The position numbers and the translations under genes were made by a program. Shown here piece after piece: positions 30,656 through 41,695 of a stretch of 64,000 nucleotides of DNA (position 1 is the stretch's first letter; every line of letters starts with the position of its first letter). The notes under the pieces are model-generated. The model saw only the letters and a program-made list of their open reading frames with translations, ran no database searches and was not told the DNA's origin. This DNA comes from Nitrospirota bacterium (GTDB lineage: Bacteria > Nitrospirota > Nitrospiria > Nitrospirales > NS-4): assembly GCA_963788195.1 (NCBI GenBank), contig CAWBGA010000013.1:320001-384000 (forward strand), read 5' to 3'.

Positions 30656-31006
30656 TCCACTGTTCCCAGAATCCTCGCAAAAGTCGCTCGTCAACCCTGT
30701 GCACATAGCTCCAGCATCCCAGTATCCTCGATAGCCCCTGGAAAATGCCGTCTGGCTCCTTTCTCTGACACTAAGAGAAAGCATCTAAGCTTGAGCGGTC
30801 CTTACTTTGTCTTTTGTGGCCGTGCACTAGCAAAAATATCTTTCGGTCGAAGACCCTGTTCGTTTCTTCCCGTTGCTAAGACCCTTTCGGTTGAGTCCTG
30901 ACCTGTACGCCAATCCCTGCGGTACGCTGTGTAGATCACACACCTGCGCTTCAGGCATTCCGCCTCTTCTTATTCGAAGCCTCTAGTAATTCAGCATACA
31001 GAGGTG

Positions 31007-31022
31007 TGGCACTAAGGTTGCT
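31007..31022 (+). promoter_or_regulatory. sigma54 promoter upstream of haloperoxidase
   Basis: TGGCAC-TAAGG-TTGCT. Confidence 0.65.
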
Positions 31023-31091
31023 CCCTGAAACGCTCAGCGCAGCGGGACACTGCCGCCCCGTGGATTAAGGCAAGGAGAACTGCGCCTGAAT

Positions 31092-32649
31092 ATGAAGCGA
31101 AGCTGGCCATCTATTGCTCTTACCGCCACCATGCTCACACTCACGATCAACGTATCGGGCTGGGCGGCGGAGTTCTCCGCAGGTACGAAAGAGACGCTGG
31201 GTCCGCGTTTTAGCGATGCGCCGCGATTGCACAAACGGCCCACGACACCCCCACAGGCGGAGTGGGGAGGAAGCCACGTCAGCGCTGCGTTACTGGAATG
31301 AGGTGGCGATTGATGCCAGCGGACTTGACCACACGCCTGTGGCGGCAGACGAGATACGTGTCTTCGGGGAGCAATTCGGCCCCGGGCGGGCAAGCCGTGC
31401 AATGGCAATCGTCCATATTGCGATCTTTGATGCGGTCAATGCGATCGCAGGTCACTATGAGAGCTATGCGGACCTTTTGCCGGTCCCCGCAGGTACGTCC
31501 ATTCATGCTGCTATCGCCCAGGCTGCACACGATACGCTTGTCGCGCTCTTCCCTTCGCAGATCCAACGGTTCAACGAGCTCCTTGCGGATGACCTGGGAA
31601 GCATTGCCGATGGCCATAAAAAGGCCGGCGGAATCCAGTTGGGACAACAGGCAGCCAGTGCGATCCTCGCCCTCAGGGCCAGTGATGGGTCACAACATCC
31701 TGAGCCGCGCGTCGGCATCGATTTCATCACCAGTAGCGAGCCGGGGAAGTGGCGCCAAGACCCGATCAGCGAAATCCCACTGGCGCTCGGCGCCCACTGG
31801 GGCGGCGTGAGGCCGTTTGTCCTCAAGTCCGCCGATCAGTTCCGCACACCGGTTCCGCCGTCCCTCAATAGCCCGGAGTATACGATGGCCTTCGCCGAGG
31901 TGAAGGCCTTAGGCGGCGACGGGGTGGTGACGCCCACGGTGCGCACCGCGGATCAAACACAGATCGGTATCTACTGGGCGTACGACGGGATGCCGAGCCT
32001 GTGTGCGCCGCCCCGGCTGTATAACCAGATCGTGGCACAGATTGCCGACGAGAGGCACTCGAATGTCGTCGAGTTCGCGCGCCTGTTGGCCCTGGTGAAC
32101 ATGGCAATGGCCGATGCGGGGATTGCAATCTGGGAGTCCAAGTACTACTACCAATTCTGGCGTCCCGTCACCGCCATCCGCGAGGCCGACGACGGCACCG
32201 GTCCGACCGGCGCAGGCGACGGCAATAGCGCGACCTTCGGGGACCTGAGGTTTACGCCGATGGGTGCGCCGGTCAGCAACCTGCATGGGCCGTACTTTAC
32301 GCCGCCTTTTCCCGCATACCCGTCAGGGCATGCCGGCTTCGGGGGTGCTGTGTTTCAGATCCTGCGAAACTTCTACCGAACTGATCGCATCGCGTTTACC
32401 TTCGTGTCAGACGAACTTAACGGCGAAACACTGGACAATAACGGGGCCCTACGGCCCCTCGTTCACCGTAGCTTTTCGTCGCTGTCACAGGCGGAGGAAG
32501 AGAACGGGCAGAGCCGAATCTACCTCGGTATCCATTGGGTATTCGACAAAACCGAGGGAATCACCCAGGGTCGCCGGGTGGCGGACTATGTGTTCAAACA
32601 TGCCTTGGCGCCATTGCGTGAACATGGTCGCGGTGGACATGAGCATTGA
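31092..32649 (+). CDS. secreted vanadium-dependent haloperoxidase (PAP2 fold), indel near 31270
   Basis: signal peptide MKRSWPSIAL..; K-x6-RP (WESKYYYQFWRP), TPPFPAYPSGH, SRIYLGIHW, YWAYDG..PPRLYNQI. Confidence 0.88.
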
Positions 32650-32764
32650 ATCTGTCCGAACGCAAGATCCAACCAGGACCTCTTGAATTTCCTGCGTTCA
32701 CTGTGAGCAGCACTATCACTCGACGAGTGACAGAATCCCGCGAACCGGCTATCCTATCCGGATT

Positions 32765-33353
32765 ATGCTACCGAGACCATGGTGTTCGTTCGGCAATCAG
32801 CGCGGGTCCGCCTATCTCGTCGTCATGTTTGCGGTAGTGGTGATGAGCATCAGCATGATGGCCGCTGCAAAACAATGGAAGACCGTCGTGCAGCGGGAAA
32901 AGGAGGCGGACCTTCTCGCGCGAGGCATCGAGATCCAGGAGGCGATCCGCGCCTACTACACCGCGAAACAACAGCCCGTGCCCAGGGCCCCGCGAACCTC
33001 GATACTGACGGGATGGCTGGTACCCGCTGACCTTGGAAGAGCTTACCAAGGGGCCGCAACCTTTGTTGCGAAAAGTCTATAAGGACCCGATGACCGGCGA
33101 GGATTGGATTTACATCCGCGACGTGGCGACCGGGCGCATCAAAGGCGTCCGGAGCCGGGCTAAACTAACAGCGATCAAGCAGCACAAGTTTCCTCCAGCC
33201 GTCTTCCACTTCGAAGGCCTCACGCAGTACCACGACTGGGTCTTTCAATACGCACCAGCCTCGACACCTCAGGAACCGCAGGCTGCTGACAAGGTAAACC
33301 GGAGACGAAAGCAAAGAGACAAGTATGGCCGACAAGTCAACTCCGCAAGATAA
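32765..33353 (+). CDS. T2SS-like minor pseudopilin, indel near 33030
   Basis: NQRG|SAYLVVM hydrophobic helix; QREKEADLL.RG; LRKVYKDPMTG. Confidence 0.75.
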
Positions 33354-33465
33354 ATGATACCTGAAAGACTAGGTCATGCCGTCTCAGGTCGCTACTCCAG
33401 TGTCCCACGATGACGTGCCGAAGCGCACGCCAGATCGAGTCCCGCGATTCCTACGGCGAGTGCCT

Positions 33466-34592
33466 ATGACTCTCGTTATGTTAGTTCTGTCGCTTCGTAC
33501 TCCTGCATCGATCAGAGTTTTGCGCAATCACGCCACGTAGCACTTGATCAGGCTGGCTGGGAAGCGATCAGAAGCGGGAAGCTCGAGGAGGCGGGGCGCT
33601 TATTTGCCGAAGCGATCGCGGTGCGCCCTGAAGATGCGCGACTACACTTGGGCGCCGGGCTTGCGGCGCACTTACAAGGACGGGAAGAGGCTGCGCGCCG
33701 CTCATTGAAAGAAGCGCTGCGGCTCGAGCCGAAGCTCACGGCTGCCTCTTTGCTGCTCGGCGAAATCTTGTACCGCGAAGGTGAGATCGATAATGCCATC
33801 CGCATCTATGAGGCCGCGCTGGTGGTCGCTCCGGACGACCCCCAACTGCAGCACAAGCTTGGGACGTGGCGCAAAGAAGCCGCGCTGCACGGGAGTTTTC
33901 AGCAGAACCTCAGCTCTCACTTCACCGTGCTATTTGAAGGGCCGGCTGAGCAGGAACTTGCAGGGGCGGCGCTGCAGGCCCTGGAGTCCGCGTATTGGCG
34001 GATCGGCACGGAGCTCCTGGCATATCCGTCGACCATCATCATGGTGATCCTCTACACCGACGAACAGTTTCGTGACATCACGCGCAGTCCCACCTGGGCG
34101 GGAGGAGTGTACGATGGAACCATCCGGGTCCCCACGCGCGATGCCTTAAATAATCGGCCACAATTCGAAAAGGTGCTGGCTCACGAGTTTACTCATGCAC
34201 TTGTCAGCAACCTCGCGCCCGGAGGCGCTCCGACTTGGGTGAATGAGGGGTTGGCAGTGGTGTTTGAGAAGGGCGATCTGAGCTGGGCTGAGCAGCTCGT
34301 CCGTATAGCGCCCGCACTGATTCCCCTCGCACAGTTGCATAACGGGTTTCTCCGGCTGCCGGAGGAGCAGGTGCCCCTGGCCTATGCCGAGAGCGCGCTT
34401 GCGGTGCGAATGCTTTTAGACCGGGCCGGGCCGCTGACCCTGGCCATGCTCTTAAAAGACCTTGATGCCAGACAGGACTTCGCCCTGGCTTTTGATCATC
34501 GCTTCTCTCTTTCTTATGTTGAGTTTCAAACCCTATGGCACCAGCCCTTTCGCAAAAAAGAGGCAGACACCACGTCTTTGGGATCCGGGTAG
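33466..34592 (+). CDS. TPR + peptidase MA-like (HEXXH) metalloprotease; start uncertain
   Basis: TPR repeats; WAGGVYDG; LAHEFTH..WVNEGLA. Confidence 0.78.
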
Positions 34593-34778
34593 CCTAGTTC
34601 ATCATGGGGCGGTCATCTGCGTAGGCCAAGTAACGCAGCACTTTCAGTATAATCGCCAACCCGGTAGAATGGTAAGTTGGATTGATTATCAAGTGGTTAA
34701 GGTGTAAGGTTCTGGCACACAAATAGACGCCTCACAGGAGGCCTACAGCCGTTGCCACAGCACGTGTCAGACAGTTGA

Positions 34779-37097
34779 GCATCGTCGAAAACAAATAGAT
34801 ACCTACGGGTTTTTATATTTGTCGTAACGGCGTGTCTTGCCGGTTGCGCTGGATCAAAAGAGCCGGAGCGGATTTCTGCGGACCTCCTCATGGAGCAGGG
34901 CAAATGGGAGGAGGCGATCGTCGCCTACCAGGAGGTGTTGAAGGGAGACCCCTTCAATCCCGCCGTACAGTCCAAGCTTGCCGTGGCGAAGGGACTCGCG
35001 GCCACCGGCTATGCGGATCAGGGCCGGGCGTTCCTGAAGGAGCACAAGACCCAATTGGCGCTGGAATCCTTTAAGCGTGCGTTGATGTTGGAACCGTCGC
35101 GCGTGGAGATTCAACAACTCGTCGCGCAGGCATTGCGTGCCAAAGAGGCCGAGGACAATCTCTTGAATGGACAGAAGTTATTAAAAGCAGGGCGATTGGA
35201 AGAGGCTGCTGAAGCGATGGAACAGGCGCTGCAATTTGACCCGAGCCTTACGGAGGCCCAGGACGCGCTCGTTCAGATTGCCGAAGCGCAACGCGCCGCC
35301 AAGGGGAAAGGCCTGTTCTCCAGCGCCTCGCGACAGCCCGTTACGCTGAAATTTCAGAACGCGCGCATGAAAGAGGTTTTCGAGGTCCTTGCCCGTGCGG
35401 GCGGGATCAATTTTCTTTTCGACAAGGACCTGAAGGACGATCCCATCACGATTTTTGTCAAGGACGCCAGCTTCGAAGAGGCACTCAATTTAATTCTCAA
35501 GACCCAAAACCTTTTCATGCGGCACGTGGCTCCTGAGACCATCCTGATCGTACCTAAAAACAAGCAAAAGATGGATCAGTACCAGGATCTCTTGATCCGC
35601 ACGTTCTACATCTCGAACGGCAAAGCGAAGGACCTCGTCAATCTGCTGCGCACCATGCTGGAGAGCAAGCGGGTCTACGTGAACGAGGACGTGAACGCCA
35701 TCGTTATCCGGGACAGCCCTGACAAGGTCAAGCTCGCGGAGCGAATTATTTACGCGAACGATCGCAAGCCCGGCGAGATCATGTTTGAGATCGAAGTGCT
35801 GGAGGTGGATAAGACCAAGAGCGACAGGTTCGGCGTAAACTTTCCGAAGCAGCTCGGCGCAGCCCTCGTTCCGCCGGGGACCACCACGTTCCCCGCTGCA
35901 GGCACAGCAACGACGTTCAGTCTTGCTCAGTTGACCTCGCTGGGGCCGTCGAGCTACCTGTTCCTCCTCCCGTCGAGTCTCATTCTCGATTTCTTTAAGT
36001 CTGAGTCCGAAGCCAAGACCCTGGCGAACCCCAAGCTTCGCGTGGTCAATAACAAGGTGGGCAAGATTAATATCGGTGACAAGGTGCCGATCCTGTTGTC
36101 CACCACCAGTACGATTCCAGGCGTAGTGCCAGGCACGGTTCCGACGCAGTCGACGATCACCTCGATTGAGTTTAAGGACACCGGAGTCAAGCTCTCGATC
36201 GAGCCCACCCTGCATCTCAATTTTCAGGTGAGCATCAAGCTGCAAATCGAAGTCACCAGGCTCGGTGATCGCGTCACGTTGCAAGAAAACCCCCTCATCC
36301 AACAATTCAGATTTGGAACGCGCACGGCCGAAACAACCCTCACGCTGAAAGACGGCGAGAGCGTCGTGCTCGGGGGACTGATTCAGGACGAGGACCGCAC
36401 CACGGTTCAGAAAGTACCGGGGCTCGGGGATATCCCGGCGCTCGGTTGGGTCTTCAAGGTTGAGACCAAGGACGTGGTCAGGACGGATGTCCTTCTGACA
36501 ATCACGCCGCACATCGTCCGCAGTCTCGAGATGCCCAACGCCGAGGACCAGGCTTTCTGGTCGGGCACAGAGGAAACCTATGCGCTAAAGCCGCTCTTCA
36601 CGGAGACCGCGGCTGTCGCAGAGGGCTCACCCGCCTTCGCCTCCATCAAGCCGCCAACGAGGCCCGCTACCGGCGCGCCCCTCAAACCGGTGATGCTCAG
36701 TGTCCGTCCCCCGGATGCGATCGGCATCCTGGGACAGCAAACGACTGTAGACGTGCTCGTGGACAACGTTGAAGGCCTTCTCGAATCGGGCTTTACCATG
36801 ACCTACGATCCTAAAGTCCTGGAATTTCGCGAGGCGCAGCAAGGCGAGTTCCTGAAGCAAGGGGGGACCGCGACGATGAGCGTCGACGCGAATCCGGTTA
36901 CGGGGACGGTGGCCATTCAGCTGAGACGCGGGGAAGGTGATCGGGGTGCCAGCGGTAGCGGCGTGCTTGCCAGCTTGACGTTTCTCGGCAAAGCCCCAGG
37001 GGTTTCACTGCTCGGGCTTGAGGCGCCGACGCTCATGGACGCCGGGAAGACGGCGCTGTCGGCAGGAAGCAGCCAGGGTGTTGTGAGGGTGCGGTGA
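34779..37097 (+). CDS. gspD: lipoprotein secretin (GspD-like) with N-terminal TPRs and C-terminal cohesin domain; start uncertain
   Basis: LAGC lipobox near 34840; TPRs; N domains; LKDGESVVLGGLI..KVPGLGDIP; cohesin motif YDPKVLEF..GSGVLASLTF. Confidence 0.88.
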   Translation, partial: ASSKTNRYLRVFIFVVTACLAGCAGSKEPERISADLLMEQGKWEEAIVAYQEVLKGDPFNPAVQSKLAVAKGLAATGYADQGRAFLKEHKTQLALESFKRALMLEPSRVEIQQLVAQALRAKEAEDNLLNGQKLLKAGRLEEAAEAMEQALQFDPSLTEAQDALVQIAEAQRAAKGKGLFSSASRQPVTLKFQNARMKEVFEVLARAGGINFLFDKDLKDDPITIFVKDASFEEALNLILKTQNLFMRHVAPETILIVPKNKQKMDQYQDLLIRTFYISNGKAKDLVNLLRTMLESKRVYVNEDVNAIVIRDSPDKVKLAERIIYANDRKPGEIMFEIEVLEVDKTKSDRFGVNFPKQLGAALVPPGTTTFPAAGTATTFSLAQLTSLGPSSYLFLLPSSLILDFFKSESEAKTLANPKLRVVNNKVGKINIGDKVPILLSTTSTIPGVVPGTVPTQSTITSIEFKDTGVKLSIEPTLHLNFQVSIKLQIEVTRLGDRVTLQENPLIQQFRFGTRTAETTLTLKDGESVVLGGLIQDEDRTTVQKVPGLGDIPALGWVFKVETKDVVRTDVLLTITPHIVRSLEMPNAEDQAFWSGTEETYALKPLFTETAAVAEGSPAFASIKPPTRPATGAPLKPVMLSVRPPDAIGILGQQTTVDVLVDNVEGLLESGFTMTYDPKVLEFREAQQGEFLKQGGTATMSVDANPVTGTVAIQLRRGEGDRGASGSGVLASLTFLGKAPGVSLLGLEAPTLMDAGKTALSAGSSQGVVRVR

Positions 37098-37591
37098 AGT
37101 CTGAGTCGGGGATAACTTTACTGGAGCTTTTGATCACGATCACGATCATCATGGTCGTGGCGTCGGCCGCCATGCCAATCAGCAAGATGGTGGGCAAGCG
37201 CACCAGAGAAATTGAGCTCCGCCAGGAACTTCGCATGATCCGGGCGGCAATCGACATCTTTAAGTTCGAGTGGGACCGTAAGGTCGGCACACTCTGCACC
37301 AAAAATAAGATCACGTGCGAGGAAGTCAGCGGGGTGTCGGGATATCCGAAATCCTTGGATGTCCTGTTGAAAGTGGACCTCACCGGAGATCAGGCGGCGG
37401 TGAAAGGGGCCACGGTGCGGCGATATCTGCGCAAGCTCCCCGTCGATCCCATGACCAAGAAGACCGATTGGAAGTTGCGGTGCTACTCGGACGCGCCCGA
37501 TGCCTCTTCATGGTGCGGGGAGGACATCTATGACCTGTCCTCCGTAAGCGCGGACGTCGCGCTTGACGGCAGCAAATATAAAGACTGGTAG
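37094..37591 (+). CDS. GspG-like pseudopilin
   Basis: SG|ITLLELLI; LRKLPVDPMT. Confidence 0.85.
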   Translation: MKSESGITLLELLITITIIMVVASAAMPISKMVGKRTREIELRQELRMIRAAIDIFKFEWDRKVGTLCTKNKITCEEVSGVSGYPKSLDVLLKVDLTGDQAAVKGATVRRYLRKLPVDPMTKKTDWKLRCYSDAPDASSWCGEDIYDLSSVSADVALDGSKYKDW

Positions 37592-37594
37592 GAA

Positions 37595-37969
37595 ATGAAC
37601 ATCCAGAGGCAAGGGGGATTCACGCTTCTCGAACTGATGACGATCATTGTCATCATCGGCATCCTTGTGACCCTGGCGATCCCCTCCTATCGCGGAGCTG
37701 TGATCAAGGCCCGCGAAGCGGTGCTCCGACACGATCTCTTCACAATCCGTGATGTGCTGGATCAATATCGGGGCGACCAGGGTAAATATCCACCCAGCCT
37801 GAACGACTTGGTCAAATCCGGATATCTTCGCGCGGTTCCGGTCGATCCGATCACGTCATCCAACAGCACCTGGCAGGAGATCATTGAAACTACCGAGGGC
37901 GGGATTTTCGACGTCCATTCAGGATCAGACCTGGTGGCGTCAACCGGGACACCATACAACGAATGGTAA
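37595..37969 (+). CDS. GspG/OxpG-like pseudopilin
   Basis: GG|FTLLELM; YPPSLNDLV..YLRAVPVDPIT. Confidence 0.88.
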   Translation: MNIQRQGGFTLLELMTIIVIIGILVTLAIPSYRGAVIKAREAVLRHDLFTIRDVLDQYRGDQGKYPPSLNDLVKSGYLRAVPVDPITSSNSTWQEIIETTEGGIFDVHSGSDLVASTGTPYNEW

Positions 37970-38730
37970 CGCATAGTCCGTGTCACTGTGGCTGCTTCCG
38001 GTCTTGTTTGATGACGGGATGTGCTGCATCGGGGCCAACCATCAAAGACTATCAGTTGATGACGCAGGCACTTCAGGCGGAGGTGCGACAGGCCCAGCGG
38101 ACTATTACCGACCTTGAGGCGCAGTGGCAGGCGCTGCAACGAGATCTCGGAGAGGCACGTACGGTCAAGGCGCGGCTTGAGGGCGATATGCTCAATGCGG
38201 AGCGGAGATTACTCGAGGCGCGCCATATCGTGGAATTACAGCGCGAGGAACTGTCGCGTGCCACGGCCGAGCGGCAGCGAGTGACTCAAAACGCGCGCGA
38301 GGAGCACGTGTCATTGCAAGCGCAACTACAAGCACAACTGACAGAGATCAGCCGGTTGAACCAGCAGGTGGCAGATGCTCAAACCGAGCGGGCTCGACTG
38401 CAGACGATGGATGACTTGATCGCGCGTCAAGTCAATGAAATGGCCGAGCTGAAGGCCGCCATCCAGGAGGCATTGCGCCGGCCCGTGCTCAAACCCGCGG
38501 AGAACATTCCGCCTGCTTTCCGGCCATCAGCGATCGTGATTCCAGCTGCCGCCTACAGCGATCCTTCCGCTCTGTTTTCGAAAAGTGTAATCGTGCGCCG
38601 GGGCGACTCGTTGTGGGTCCTGGCCCGTCGCTACGGCATCTCGCTCGACGACCTCATAACGGTGAACGGGCTCAAGAGCGACTTGATCATCCCCGGGCAG
38701 AAACTGCGTCTTCCAGACCCACCTCCCTGA
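37963..38730 (+). CDS. coiled-coil + LysM lipoprotein
   Basis: MTGC lipobox-like; coiled coil; VRRGDSLW..YGI..NGL..IIPGQKL. Confidence 0.8.
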   Translation: MVTHSPCHCGCFRSCLMTGCAASGPTIKDYQLMTQALQAEVRQAQRTITDLEAQWQALQRDLGEARTVKARLEGDMLNAERRLLEARHIVELQREELSRATAERQRVTQNAREEHVSLQAQLQAQLTEISRLNQQVADAQTERARLQTMDDLIARQVNEMAELKAAIQEALRRPVLKPAENIPPAFRPSAIVIPAAAYSDPSALFSKSVIVRRGDSLWVLARRYGISLDDLITVNGLKSDLIIPGQKLRLPDPPP

Positions 38731-38735
38731 GCGAC

Positions 38736-39947
38736 ATGTCGGTCTACCTCTATAAAGCGGCGCGGGCGGATGGGACTACCTTCGAGGGCAGCATGGAAGG
38801 CGCGAACGAGCAGACGGTTCGCGCGCAACTCGAAGGACAGGGCTGCTTCGTTTTCCGGCTGCGCTCGCGAGGAAGCTGGTTAGCCGTCCCTGGCTTCAAT
38901 TTCCGGGTGCGACAGGGCATCAGCCGACAGGAATTTTTGGTGTTCAATCAGGAATTCCTTGCGTTAGTGAAAGCCGGCCTCCCGATCCTTCGCGCGTGGG
39001 ATTTGTTGATCGAACGCACGCGCCGGCCTGTTTTTCTGTCTGTTCTCCAGACGATCCGTCAGGACATTCGCAACGGTGTGTCGCTCTCCGGCGCGCTGGC
39101 GCAACACCCGCAGCTTTTCCCCGAACTGTATGTCGCTACCATCAAGGCCGGCGAATATTCGGGGAATCTGTCCGAGGTCCTCCAGCGCTATATCGGCTAT
39201 CTAAAGTTGATGATCGGCCTGAAGCAGAAGATCAGCAAGGCGATGGCCTACCCTGCATTCCTTGTTCTGACGGGGATCGCCGTCGTCGGGTTCTTGCTCA
39301 CCTACGTACTGCCGACATTTTCTACCATCTATGGCGATGCCAAGAACCTGCCTGCTCCGACGCTGGCATTGATGTCGGCGGTCAATGTCCTTCAGGCGCA
39401 TCTGGTGACCTTCGGCTTGGGGCTACTAGGGGTGATCCTGGCCGGCCGCCTGTGGCTTCGCACAAATGCAGGGCGAGAGGTGTGGGACCGCGTTGCTCTC
39501 AGGCTGCCGCTTGTCGGCGATCTTCTCGTAAAACATCATACGATCCAGCTTACGCGCACCTTGGCCACGATCTTCGCGGGGGGCATTCCGTTGCTGGAGG
39601 CCCTTCGGATCATCGCTGAGGGCGAATCGAATCGGTTCCTCGCGGCAGGCCTCAAGGGCACGATCGAACAGGTCCGCGGAGGCGTCCGGCTTGCGGCCGC
39701 CTTGCAACAAACGGGGATTTTGCCGCACATGGCGGTGGAGATGATCGCGGTAGGGGAGGAGACAGGCTCGCTGGATATGATGCTCCGCGATATCGCGGAG
39801 TTTCACGAAAACGAACTGGACCAGCGCCTGAGCCAGCTCACCACTTGGATCGAGCCGGCCCTTCTCTTGGTCATGGGTGTGATTGTCGGAGGCATCGTCA
39901 TTGTCATGTATCTGCCTATTTTCGAGATGGCCGGCACGGTGCAGTAA
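38736..39947 (+). CDS. gspF: GspF/PilC inner-membrane platform
   Basis: AGEYSGNL, AMAYP, GEETGSL, IEP..MYLPIF. Confidence 0.92.
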   Translation: MSVYLYKAARADGTTFEGSMEGANEQTVRAQLEGQGCFVFRLRSRGSWLAVPGFNFRVRQGISRQEFLVFNQEFLALVKAGLPILRAWDLLIERTRRPVFLSVLQTIRQDIRNGVSLSGALAQHPQLFPELYVATIKAGEYSGNLSEVLQRYIGYLKLMIGLKQKISKAMAYPAFLVLTGIAVVGFLLTYVLPTFSTIYGDAKNLPAPTLALMSAVNVLQAHLVTFGLGLLGVILAGRLWLRTNAGREVWDRVALRLPLVGDLLVKHHTIQLTRTLATIFAGGIPLLEALRIIAEGESNRFLAAGLKGTIEQVRGGVRLAAALQQTGILPHMAVEMIAVGEETGSLDMMLRDIAEFHENELDQRLSQLTTWIEPALLLVMGVIVGGIVIVMYLPIFEMAGTVQ

Positions 39948-39952
39948 CAACG

Positions 39953-41695
39953 ATGGGACAACCGCCGATTACCTTTTCACGTAAAGCTCTGGCAGATCTT
40001 CTGCTCGAGAAAGGTCTGCTCTCCCGCGAGCAGCTCGACGGCGTTATGGGCAAGATGAACGGGGGCCGGGTGTCGCTTTCTCAGGTGCTGATCGATCAAG
40101 GCTTGCTTCGTGAGGAAGAATTGGCGACGGTGCTCGCCGAGCAATGTGGGCTGGTCTATGATCCACTCAAAGACTATCGGGTGAACCAGCAGTACTACCA
40201 AACCATCCCCGTGGAGTTGATGCACCGGCATCCATTTGTTCCCCTACGTGAGCAGGACGGAGTCCTGCGACTGGCGATTGCCGATCCGCATGACCTGCCG
40301 GCCCTGGATGAATTGGAGATCCTTTTGGGCCGGCCTTTCACGATCGTCATCAGCACCCGATCTGCAATCCTCAAGGCGCTGTCCCGAAGCGAAGGCTCAA
40401 ACCAAGCGCTCAAGGAACTCGAAGCGGAATACCGGTCGGTCCTGGTCAAAGAGGACGACCGCGGGGAAGAGGTGCTGTCGGTCGAGACGATCACCAAGGA
40501 TCAAAGTCCGGTGGTCAAATTGTTGGACACCATAATCTTGAGCGCGCTCCAGAAACGGGCGAGCGACATCCATATCGAGGCGAGCGATGAGGCGGTGCAG
40601 GTGCGACTGCGCTTGGATGGCATCCTGACGCCCGCCATGGAACCCCTGGATGCCAAGCTGCACGCGCCGCTGATCTCGCGGCTCAAAGTCATGTCGGAAC
40701 TGGACATCGCGGAGCGGCGGGTCCCGCAAGACGGCCGGTTCCGCATGCGCATGGATCACAAGACGGTGGACTTTCGCGTGTCCATCCTGCCCAGCGCGTA
40801 TGGCGAGTCCGTGGTGATCCGCATTCTTGATCGCGAGGCGATCACGGCGGGGGTGACGGCGCTCCGACTCGATAGCCTCGGGTTTAACCGCGAGGACCTG
40901 CGGAAGTTTCGTCGCTCGATCACGGAGCCGTACGGCATGGTCCTGGTGACCGGCCCCACCGGCAGTGGGAAGACCACGACGCTCTATGCCGCGATCAGCG
41001 AAATCAACATTGCGGACGATAAGATCATCACGATCGAAGACCCCGTGGAATACCAGCTTTGCGGGGTGGTGCAGATTCCGGTGAATGAAAAAAAGGGCCT
41101 GACGTTCGCGCGAGGGCTGCGGTCCATCCTGCGGCATGACCCGGACAAGATCATGGTCGGTGAGATCAGGGATGCGGAGACCGCGCAGATCGCGATCCAG
41201 TCCGCGCTCACGGGACATCTGGTCTTTACGACCGTCCATGCCAATAACGCGTTCGACGTCATCGGCCGATTCGTGAACATGGGTATTGAACCCTACAACT
41301 TCGTGTCCTCGCTGAACTGCATCCTGGCGCAGCGGTTAGTCCGTACGCTTTGCATGAACTGCCGGGAGGAAGCTGCGCTGGATCAGGCGCTGGCTCAAGA
41401 GTCCGGGCTGGACTACACGCAGTTTAAGGATGTGCCGGTATATGAACCTCGTGGCTGCCCCGAGTGTCACAACACCGGCTTTCACGGCCGTCAATGCATT
41501 ACAGAGTTCCTGGACCTGACCCACCCGGTGAAGGAGATGATCCTGGACAAAAAACCGCCGTCGGAGATTCGCAAGCTTGTAGTGGCGGAAGGGATGACCA
41601 GCTTGCGAGAGGCGGCCCTGGAGAAAGTGTGGTCGGGCGCAACCTCCTTAAAGGAGATTAACCGCGTGACGTTTATCGAACAGTCGAGACGATGA
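39953..41695 (+). CDS. gspE: GspE/PilB assembly ATPase
   Basis: ASDIHIE, GPTGSGKTTT, TIEDPVE, LRHDPD..GEIRD, tetra-Cys. Confidence 0.95.
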   Translation: MGQPPITFSRKALADLLLEKGLLSREQLDGVMGKMNGGRVSLSQVLIDQGLLREEELATVLAEQCGLVYDPLKDYRVNQQYYQTIPVELMHRHPFVPLREQDGVLRLAIADPHDLPALDELEILLGRPFTIVISTRSAILKALSRSEGSNQALKELEAEYRSVLVKEDDRGEEVLSVETITKDQSPVVKLLDTIILSALQKRASDIHIEASDEAVQVRLRLDGILTPAMEPLDAKLHAPLISRLKVMSELDIAERRVPQDGRFRMRMDHKTVDFRVSILPSAYGESVVIRILDREAITAGVTALRLDSLGFNREDLRKFRRSITEPYGMVLVTGPTGSGKTTTLYAAISEINIADDKIITIEDPVEYQLCGVVQIPVNEKKGLTFARGLRSILRHDPDKIMVGEIRDAETAQIAIQSALTGHLVFTTVHANNAFDVIGRFVNMGIEPYNFVSSLNCILAQRLVRTLCMNCREEAALDQALAQESGLDYTQFKDVPVYEPRGCPECHNTGFHGRQCITEFLDLTHPVKEMILDKKPPSEIRKLVVAEGMTSLREAALEKVWSGATSLKEINRVTFIEQSRR

